A stretch of DNA of 58,557 bases, filler included, from Sphacelaria rigidula (Eukaryota): NCBI GenBank assembly GCA_964200075.2. It is 10 parts of 10 records of this genome, joined end to end, with 100 filler letters (N's around TTAATTAATTAA, not from the genome) between each part and the next. Parts side by side here need not be neighbours in the genome. Positions count along the whole stretch, not along the records: positions 46,928 to 52,692 come from CAXNAA020024626.1; positions 52,793 to 58,557 come from CAXNAA020024627.1; 8 more parts are not named here. One strand, given 5' to 3'. How positions within the stretch are numbered: position 1 is the first letter of the stretch; each line of letters begins with the position of its first letter. Positions 49,563 to 58,557 of this stretch are shown here, in pieces. Both the position numbers and the translations under genes were made by a program. The notes beneath the pieces are model-generated. The model saw nothing but the letters and a program-made list of their open reading frames with translations, was not told the origin of the DNA and searched no databases.

Positions 49563-52424
49563 TCCAATGCGAATTTGTCGACAGGATGAACATGGAATGG
49601 TCCCTGGGACAGTCTGAATTGGCCGACGGCTTCTATTCCTCTTCCGCGATCATGGTTAGGGTCGTCATGGACCACCTCGCCACGGCCGTAGTCCTTGCCT
49701 TGGTTGCTGTCGGTATCGCTCAGGGGATTCTCTGGCAGGACACGATCGACGGTGAGTGACAACAAAAAAGAGAAAAAAAACTTGGTACAGCGAGGAAATA
49801 CGGGAAATCGCACAGATGGGACGTGTTGACGGCGAGTGCGAGGCGATTCAAACACAGCTCTCACCGTTGTATGGCACTAGGATTTGTGCCCAACGGCAAC
49901 AGATCGGCCATGCACCCACAACTGTCTGAACTGTAGTTTTCCGCTGTGAACGCGTCGGATCTTGATGCAAACAGAGGAAGCCCAACACAAGGGGCGTACA
50001 CTATGCATATGCGATGATGCGTACTCGTGAGTCGAAATCATGCACTGCACCTGAAGTGTTTGTCCACTGTTCCTATTATAGGCACCCATGCCGAAGTCTT
50101 ATTATACTCCGAAAACTACGTTTGACTTCCTCTGCACCAGTTTTCACCCAAAACGTCTGCATGCATACTATACCGGCAGATGTGCCCGTGTCGGGGGCCG
50201 GTGTGTACTTCCAGCTAGCGTCCGCGGTGATTTTGGTGTCCTGGCTGTGCATCGGGGTCTTCGACTCGCTGAGCATCGGCGGTCTATCTATCGCCGCCGT
50301 ACACTCCACCATCAGCACTCTCACTGCCGTGTAAGTTGAATTTTGGCGACTTGCCTGGTTCCACGGTTAAGGTTCTCACTATCCGCAATTCGTTATGCCC
50401 AGTGAATCACCCAATCGGGAGAGTACACAGCTGCATTTTTTTTGTGTTTTCTCGCTCCGTTTATCCTACGTGGCTCCCTGGCCCAAGGAAGCCAAGCCGC
50501 TTCTAACCATATGAACATCCGTTGCTCTCTCGCATGCAGTACCATCGATCGCAAACCCAAAGCCGATGGCTGTACGCTCGCTCCCATGTTCCGGTATGCT
50601 CTTCAACGGAAGGTGCGCTCTCAGAGGGGCGGTGTGTGCTCTGTTGAGACACCGCGAATGATGGACACGGTGTTCCAGGTCACCGTTCAAAATGGACCTC
50701 GGTTAACGCTGGAATTTGTTCTCATCCGGTGAAAGCTCATCGCGAGAATGACGGCACAATATTCACCAAAACCCTGTTCCGACCGATTCTTCATCGACAG
50801 CATGTCACATGCGTTTTTGAGTCACTGCCAGTACACGAGCAGGTAGCCGGAGGTGTGTTTGTGCAACTGTTGCACTTTCGACCCTACAGGGCGGCGACCA
50901 GCCTGACTTATCTCAGATGTAGATTGGCGAGGTGTGAGTCCCGGTCAGTGAAATCTGACGGCCTCAATTTGATCGACGATCTAGTCGCTGGTTTATCGAA
51001 CATTTTTCGATGAGGTCTCACCAACGTGGCGGCACAAAGGTAGGGGGGGGTCTGGTCGCTGTCCATTCGAAAAAGAGCAAGGGTTGAAGATACGCTACAC
51101 TATTTTCAAGCAGTTCACCATACCGGTGTAGTCGAGGGTCCCTGTACAGTGCTGTCATGCTAGGCTAGCGACTCATCACACTCTATCGGGACCCCCCACT
51201 GACTTCTCAATGTACCGCACTGGTAGCGTCCACACCCTGAATCATGACAAAAGGTTACACTGTCAAAAAGCGTACTGCATACAGTATGGAATCTATTATA
51301 CATTGCAATAGACACGACACAAATGGTCGATACTGTACGCAGTACACTTTTCGACAGTGTTATCTTTTGTCCAGGGTGTGTTGACGTCATGTCGGCAAAC
51401 CAATTGGATCTCAATGCTCCACGTTTTCTGCCGTTGTGTGGTTCGTGCGTATCCGCAAAACCTCTTTTGCCATGGATCGTCATTAGCACGGCTTTTTTCT
51501 CTGGACGCTTGATCAAGAAAAACGATCTGCCCGACGTCCTTCAGGTCTTCGTCTTCATTTCACCATACTGTGAGTACTCGTACTGTATACGCTAGCGTCA
51601 ACCCGGTAACGTTCTGTGGCCATTTTCGTGCTGGCCGGTATTGTCGTTGCTCTTTTCTGTTGAACTCGATCATGTGGTGCGGTTTCAACCGCATCTCAAT
51701 ACTCCCGACTAAAACTTCGCACCGGGTAAGTTGTGCCACAGGTGTGCCACCTACCGTCAGATGCATTTGAACATTCATAATTCAACGTTGGTATAGTTGA
51801 GAGCGGGCCGGTCGACGCAATATATTTGTAGCATCATATAAATCCCTTAGAGAACCTGCTGAGGTCGTGGGTACATCCTTCAAAATAGGTTCAACGCTGC
51901 ACATATTTTTCAGGGCGTCCGCGTGGGGTATCTTGCGCCATGCATTTCAGGTGTGTGACTCAAGCTATCTATTTTTGTTTTGTTTGTTCTCCGCTGCCTC
52001 TGGTACTAGCACACTCACCTTTGATGATCGAAAAATTGGGGCACATGTTCGCCGAAGTTCTTTGCAGTGGTGTCCCACATAGTTTATCTTCCGTAGTTGT
52101 AACGAACTTTCTCCTTGGATATGGAGCAAATGGGTCAGATACATCCGTGCAGTATTAGTATTACCCGCAACTTTTATTGGCATGTTCGAGAGTTTCGGAA
52201 AACAAGAACAGGTTGGAAAAACTCAGGGATAACTATCGTTTGATTGGATTGTGGTGAGAAGACGCAGAATGTCCCCCAAGTTTTTGGCTCAAAAAATTTG
52301 GTATCCGATACTCTCTATTTTCGACCTCGTTCGTTTTAACATGCAGACTGGAGTGGCTCGTTCATGCTACGAATAATACTGGATGGCCTCGAACAAGACG
52401 GCTCTTGCGACGACGATCCGATTT
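49563..52424 (+). CDS. Divergent ABCG/ABC-2-type transporter membrane domain, internal fragment; exons 49563-49751, 50180-50330, 51487-51569, 52347-52424 (possible upstream exon 47416-47475)
   Basis: Spliced: QCEFVDRMNMEWSLGQSELADGFYSSSAIMVRVVMDHLATAVVLALVAVGIAQGILWQ...TLTAVTAFFSGRLIKKNDLPDVLQVFVFISPYYWSGSFMLRIILDGLEQDGSCDDDPI. It resembles the ABCG pattern E...G.Y...A, FSG..I....P......ISP..W plus a Cys-containing extracellular loop; phases 1/1, 2/2, 1/1. Confidence 0.8.
51246..51371. repeat. Intronic fold-back with ~42-bp arms (51246-51287 / 51330-51371)
   Basis: gacaaaaggttacactgtcaaaaagcgtactgcatacagtat vs reverse complement gacaaaagataacactgtcgaaaagtgtactgcgtacagtat. Confidence 0.8.
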
Positions 52425-52568
52425 GTGAGTACCCCCATTTGCTTCCCTCCCTCGTGCACTTGTTCACCGCTTCGTGAGTACATTGCAAGGGGATGTTACG
52501 TAGGGTATTTATGATAGCACATCAGGGTATTTTGATTAGTCGAACTCCTGAGTACCCAAAACGTTGGG

Positions 52569-52692
52569 GAGAGTACTGAGATTCTACTCAGCAATACTGC
52601 CGCGCCCCGGTGGTGTAATGGTCCGACTGTCGCCATTAGGGTGGAGAGAACGGGGGTTCGGCAGTATTGCTGAGTAGAATCTCAGTACTCTC
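52569..52692. repeat. Perfect 34-bp inverted repeat enclosing a tRNA/SINE-like 56-nt fragment
   Basis: gagagtactgagattctactcagcaatactgccg (52569-52602) and its exact reverse complement (52659-52692); loop has TGGTGTAATGG and ends GGGGGTT(CG). Confidence 0.85.
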
Positions 52693-53027
52693 NNNNNNNN
52701 NNNNNNNNNNNNNNNNNNNNNNNNNNNNNNNNNNNNTTAATTAATTAANNNNNNNNNNNNNNNNNNNNNNNNNNNNNNNNNNNNNNNNNNNNGTCCATCT
52801 GGACCACGCGTGTACTTTTTTCAAGTGAATATTGATGCCGATTCAGCAGGTGACCTACTCTCGCGGTCTAACGGGTAACTCCTGCTGCGGAGGTTTGGGA
52901 AGGAAGATTCGCTCTATCTTACTCTTTCGTATCTTCCCTGCAATAGAGGAATGGGACTTCAACCTCATTTTTTGTTTCAGCCCCAAAAATCAGGATCGGC
53001 TGTTCATTGTTGGCTGGCCCAGCTCGT

Positions 53028-53290
53028 AGAGTATTCGAGGTCATACTCAATTTTTGGATAGATTGAGTAGAGTGTCAGGGTCATACCCAAGTGATACTCT
53101 ATTCCTGATTATTACTGAGAGTACTTACCCAAAAAATGAGCAGAGTATATGAGGTCGTACTCAATCTAACCAAACTTTGAGTAGAGTATTTGAGGCCGTA
53201 CCCAATCTACTCACAGTTTGAGTAGAGTATTGAGGCCGTACCCAATCTACCCAAAATGTGAGCAGAGTCAATACTTGGGTATTGTACCCG
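53028..53290. repeat. ~40-bp degenerate minisatellite (ttgagtagagtatttgaggccgtacccaatctac...)
   Basis: At least 5 related units; best conserved between about 53137 and 53270. Confidence 0.8.
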
Positions 53291-54124
53291 AGCATTCAAA
53301 AGTACGTAGTCTACTCGACCTGCCCTTGGAGGATATCCAAGGCTCACTCATGGGATGCAGCGTTCAGGCGCCTGCAAAGACGCCGACCGGGGCAGTCCGA
53401 GCGTTACATACGACATCAAAATCGATCCCGAGGTGATAACGTCACCAGTCCCCTCTTTTAGTATTACCCTGCGAACTATCAATGCTGAAGGTTGCACGCA
53501 TCTGACTGCTTTCGTCATGTTTCCGGTGATGGTTGTCGCTTTCGAACGAAATGAGGACGCCTACATTTCTGCATAACAGATGTGCACATGAATCCCCGAC
53601 TCCAACTCTCGCAATGGTGAACGGCGCAGAGAACTGAGACCTCGCATCAACCTGCCGTTGTTTAATGTCCTCCGGACAGGAAGTGAATCACCTGCATTAC
53701 TCGGGGTGCCACCCCGTTCGACACAACATGCTACATCCGTGGTTGGGGATAGAGATTCCGATCGACAAACTTGGAATGCGCACTGCCGATAGAAAGTTTA
53801 AGGGTATTCGCCGGGGGCCACGCTGGCGACGGAGGCGCAGCGCAAGAGGGGCTGAGTTCCCACTCATATGGTAAACACAGCGCGATTGCACTGTTCCGTG
53901 ACTCTTAAGCACCAGGCGCGGCCGCTGATGGTGTAGGTGTAAAATCGATGTGGTGGTGGAGGGGCGTGACGACCGTCGGCGCTCAGCGTAAAAAAGTGGG
54001 ATGTCGATCGCGCAAGGAAGGCGCAACCCATGCAGTCTATTACCCGGGCGTCCGGGAAAAACACACACCGGAGACATCGACATTGAATCGGCCGGCAACA
54101 GTTCTCAACAAAGATGGCACCACC

Positions 54125-54465
54125 TCGCGCGGAGGCGAGGGAAGAGGTGGCGAACAGTTTCTTGAAAACAATCGTCAATAAGACGACCCCAACTGCGCTG
54201 GAGAATATTTCCCCTGTCGTGGAATTAGCGGCCTTTCCATCCCCAACTTGCTCACTTTTGAACGGCGCGGCTTCCGATCGTTGGACAGGCCCTTCTTTTC
54301 CCTCAATAACCGTGCCCACACCGGGTGCCGCATCTGCCGCACACCCGCCCCCGGCGGTCGCCGTCGTCACACCTCTCTCCCCACTCCTGTCCAACGTGTC
54401 GTATGCGCGGAGTTGGAGGTTTCCTTCCCGTACAATGTGATCCAGCTCGACCACCATCGTCGTTA
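54125..54465 (-). CDS. Possible internal exon of an unidentified protein
   Basis: Acceptor ttcttcttggcag, open frame TTMVVELDHIVREGNLQLRAYDTLD...KLFATSSLASAR, donor G|gtggtg; no partner exon could be joined convincingly. Confidence 0.35.
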
Positions 54466-54621
54466 CTGCCAAGAAGAACAAGCAACCCCCCCCCCCGTAA
54501 GCTGGTTGCTCATCTTACGCAGTGAGTGGCGTGTTTTACAGCGTCGTTGTCACTCGACGCCAGACCTCAAAAGGGAGGGGAAAGCTACCGGGAAGGGGGA
54601 AGCTACCGGGGTGGGGATGGG

Positions 54622-54688
54622 CATACTCACTCGTTGCTCGCCTTAGTCGTTTGATCATTGACCAAGCATTCCTTTCCAGACTGAGCAT
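54622..54688 (+). mobile_element. 67-nt micro-element, third (diverged) copy
   Basis: catactcactcgttgctcgccttagtcgtttgatcattgaccaagcattcctttccagactgagcat, preceded by a G-rich tract; no clear TSD. Confidence 0.8.
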
Positions 54689-54884
54689 CGTTCCTGCTCG
54701 TAATAGAAACACCTCGAACATTTCCGTGCTCATTACGTTTCTTCCATACATTATACAACAACATTTTTCACATATTATTCCTGTCCCGTTTCGCCTTCTG
54801 TGGCCACCATACATGCAGTACTGTCATCGCTTCCTCAATTCTGTCTAATGCGTCAAACGACTTCATGTCACCTTCGTTCACGTC

Positions 54885-56880
54885 TGTGACGAAATTACGC
54901 CGTTACGTTGAGCTGGTAGTGATGATCTGGATAATGACTGGGGACACTAGGTTGATACCCTGGCGTGTCTAGGAGGCTGTGCCTACGAGGGCACTCCATG
55001 ATAATGAGAATGTTGTAAAGGCTGACAACTGAAACTGAGGCCAGTGAGACTGAGGAGTATCTCAACAGCAGTGATCCACCAGTCCTTCTTCAGCCTGGCA
55101 TCACAATATCGATATCAGTGCCAGTGTTAGTGTTAGAAACCTGCTGGAGAGGATTTCGAAAGGGGTCTGGTAGCTGTGGAAAACCTGATAACCCACGGAC
55201 GCGTGGAGAGGGTTCAAGCTGAGGCGGCTGCAGAAAGGCGACTGACCTGTGATTGACCCAGACTGGAGACGTGCTGAAGTTGCGTGCAGCGGGAGTTTGG
55301 AGGCTCCTACGACTGAGTGGTGCGGTGACGAAGCAAGGAAAGTGCAATTCGCGAAAGTCCGCTGGCCTGCAAAGGTCCCCAGGTAGCGGGTTACAGCTAC
55401 AACTATGGCTAGCGACTCACGAGGTATGTCCCGTGGTCATGCGGGAAGAGTTGCGACCTCGCCAATACGGGGACAGGTACTCAGAGAGTGCATCTCGCAC
55501 TTTTTATACAAAATACCTAGAGTACAAGAAGCGTGTGGAGCACGCCAATACAGGGGGTGCCGTGCGGCATCAGGTAGTGACAATGGCTCAACAAGTACCG
55601 ACTCATGTACACAGAGTGTTCGTTCGTTTGGAACATAATGAGAGCACTATCACCCCGCCGCAATTGGTTGCGGCGATCAATAGGCATGCTGGGCATGCGG
55701 AAGACGCCGAAGTAGATCTGACCCAAGCGTCCGCGGCCGTGGTGAAAGCTGTCGCAATGGATTCTCGGGGGAAAACGATGTTGGAGCGCGTGGAGCCCAT
55801 TCTGGCCAATTTGGAGAAGTAGTTCACGGAAAATCTGAACGTGGAACTAGTATATCGTTTCCCCGATGGTGAGTCCATTCCCGGCCCGGCTGCAGTAATC
55901 ACGAAGGCTTTGGTGGAGGTTTGGCACCGGAAACATTCAAACAAGCCGTGCTCATCAAGCTGCAGCACCAAATAAACTGGAAGGCCGACCCATACCTGGT
56001 GATGAGCACCATCGTGGCCGAGGCCAAGGAGTGGCGGAAAGTAGAGGTGTTCGGCCAGTCGTCCACCTCTTCGCCAAAAGTTTTGCGCAACCAGGTCTCG
56101 AAATCGTCCGGTTGCGCCGCGAGTATTACTTGCCACCGCTGTAGCCAGGTCGGCCATTACGCGCGCGATTTCCCAACGTCTTCCGGTGGAGAGTCTGGGC
56201 AGTCTAGTGCCGCGCGCCATCAGCATCGTCAGCACAAGGACAAAAGACGAGGTAATCGTGGTGGCGGCGGCGGATCCTCCGGCGATTGAGGGTCCCAGGG
56301 AGAGCCCCCAGCAGCAGCCGCAGCAGCAGCAGAATTAGCAGCAGAATCAGAAGCAGCAAAGACAGCGGCGTCAGCATGGGCCTGGCTCTAGGTCCGGCGC
56401 CGCCGTAGGTGCTGCTGCTCCGCAACGGGCGGTGCAGATGGGCCCGACTTCTACAGAGCCATACACTGCGCCGGCGCCGGTGGTGGCGCCAGGCGCGACG
56501 CCTGTTGATGCACTGGTCGGAGGTTCGCCAAATTCCTGGTTTGCTGGCTGGGGGGCGTACCCGCCGGCGGTGCCGTTTGAACCTGCCGGGGCGTCTTCGC
56601 CTGCGCAACTTGCGCAGCCGTAGCGTCAAGTGGGATTAGCGGCGCATCGGTCGGCGGAAGAAGTTCCCGTGGAGCTTGCCGGCAGATACATTCCTGCGGA
56701 GTTATGTCTTCCGAATCAACGGCAGCGTGGATCTATTGTGGTTCGGTCTGTGTTGAATTATGGCACCCATTTCATTAGTCTGCCGGTGCAGATGGTTGAG
56801 ATGCTGGAGAGTCTTCTCCCGGGTGAGCTGCGGCGCATCCCATTTTCGCTCGGGGCTGTAGACTCTAGCCATAATTTTTA
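54885..56880 (+). mobile_element. Ty3/Gypsy 5' relic: putative LTR (54885-55105), PBS-like site, gag and protease; related to the contig-8 element
   Basis: TGTGA...TCACA segment followed by gatatcagtgcc (10/12 to iMet PBS GGTATCAGAGCC). Gag FTENLNVELVYR...PGPAAVITKALVEGLAPETFK aligns with FAENLTV*AMYR...PGPAESVSTALVNGISPSEFK (~43000-43115). Knuckle CHRCSQVGHYARDF; decayed protease VLNYGT. Confidence 0.8.
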
Positions 56881-58557
56881 ACTAAGGTCAGGGACATTGT
56901 GTCGATGAGTTGCGGGTCTGATTGCCGGGCTCTGTGATGGTAACCTTCATGACGAGTAGAGCCGGTTTTGCTACTCTGGTGGAGAGAGGCTATGGTCCTG
57001 TTCTCCTGTACTATGCTGAAGGTTAAGATATGAATAACTAAAGCTGCTGAAGTCCATGTGCCCGTGATGGGAGGAGTCCACATGACAATCTGATCTTGAG
57101 TGACAGAAGTCTACAATGAATGTTCATTAAGTCCGCTGACTAGCGGTAGGTCCGCTAAAAAGCAGCTGACATTTCAAGATAGGGAAGTCTGCAGGCCTTA
57201 TCAGTTTGCAGTAAACAAGACCGGCTCAAGGCGTGTTAACGTCGCGAGGAGATTAGGAAGTGGAGCCGAGGAGGTTCTAACGCATTGCTGGGGTGGGCTG
57301 TGGAATCGCTCGTGCGAGAGGTGCGGGGGATTGACCGACAGCTGGCGAGTCCGTGCACGTTCCAGAAAAGCGGCGAAGGGTTACCTGGTGGAGCCAGCGA
57401 GTTGCCTGTTCCACGCTTGGCCAGGTACGGTCAAGAAGAGAACTGTAAGGACTTCAAGACGTGGTGAGAACCGCGTGAGGAAGAGTAGAATTTTGGCAGG
57501 CATGTGCGAATTTTTGCTCGAATAGTACTGATATGAATGATATCTGGTGACGACCTAGGGTGGGGCAGTTTTCAATATACAGCTGTATGCTAAATGAAGA
57601 GAAGCTCGTATAATCTTGTTCGCGCAGGAACACAGTGGAATCATATTTGTGCGGTTTGCACGTACTGACTGCAGGATATATGGATTGCTGCTGTTCGCTT
57701 GAAAATGAGCAAAAAACTCGAAATGCGTAGGTTCGTACCGACTGTAGGAGACGGTGACATTTGCTGTTAGCGTGAAAACGAGCTGAAAGATACGAAATGC
57801 GTAGGCTCGTCGTATGTGTGCTGGTATGACGCGAGTGCTTCCGATGGTTGAAGATAAAGACATTATGCGCGCATGCATCAATGACCTTTGACCGTGGCAC
57901 GTTTTTGTATGGATTGTCACGTGTTTGAACGAGCACGTGGCTGGGTTTTCGTTCACGTCAGAAGGAGCATGTGGGTGATGCGTCCATTTGTTCGAAGAAA
58001 TGGTGCAGGTGGACTGCAAGAGTGTCGAAGAATTCAATATTTATTTCTACATTTTGGCTGATGCACGGATGGGACATAATGGTCCAAGATCCAAACGAAA
58101 TAAAGAGATGTCTGAGGCCTGCTCGAAAACAAGATTTCGAAAACAAGATCACGACGGGTGATCAATGATCGCGGAGGTCGAGGTCCGTTCGCCGTCGTTG
58201 GGTTAGCGTGCATGACTTGAATAGCGGTTTGAGTCATGGCTTTCCTTTGATTGTCTGAATGAAATGATGGCAAGTTGAAGCATTGAAGCTTTGACGGTGA
58301 GGAGGCATGCGATGTATACGTTTTTTACGGTGTTGCAGAAGCAAGAGGCCAGGTGCGTTTTAAACGTGTTGGGTGCTTATTTCCTTTTAGCGTGAGGATG
58401 ATGTATCATTTGGCTGTTGCACTCTGTCGCGCAGGTGTTGAACGTACAAAAAGTGCATTGTGTATGTTGAGAAGTACCTTGTCTCGGATGAGAAGGCCGA
58501 TGGGTCACGAATGCTCTGGAATTTGACGTTCGCTGACATTTCTGGTTTCGTGCCAAT

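Noticed and set aside
53028..53290. CRISPR-like array
   Set aside because: Units are degenerate and abut with only ~7-nt variable parts; no unique spacers, no cas genes, eukaryotic context. It is a minisatellite.

Overview
This window is not one locus. It is ten unrelated eukaryotic contigs of 5766 or 5765 bp (1-5766, 5867-11632, 11733-17498, 17599-23364, 23465-29230, 29331-35096, 35197-40962, 41063-46827, 46928-52692, 52793-58557). They are joined by artificial 100-bp spacers (44 N + TTAATTAATTAA + 44 N), which looks like a size-sorted 'unplaced contig' pseudomolecule, so no synteny can be read across spacers. The intron-rich genes, TTAGGG repeats, SPO11-2 and TE types suggest a stramenopile, probably a brown alga (inference). 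Host genes reconstructed by hand from GT-AG boundaries with consistent phases: the 3' five exons of SPO11-2, four exons of a multi-C2-domain protein, four exons of a divergent ABCG-type transporter membrane domain, and a 4-exon orphan gene. Mobile DNA: two related degenerate Ty1/Copia elements, two related Ty3/Gypsy relics, tRNA-derived SINEs and several MITE families. Most notable: (i) a TG...CA MITE that carries telomeric TTAGGG arrays into SPO11 introns; (ii) a 67-nt element with no TIR and no tail that inserts into G-runs with 12-13-bp duplications; (iii) a Copia copy lacking the integrase core through an in-frame deletion whose ends resemble splice sites; (iv) a conserved Copia LTR/primer-site junction without a canonical tRNA PBS. 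No database searches were possible, so novelty is unverified.
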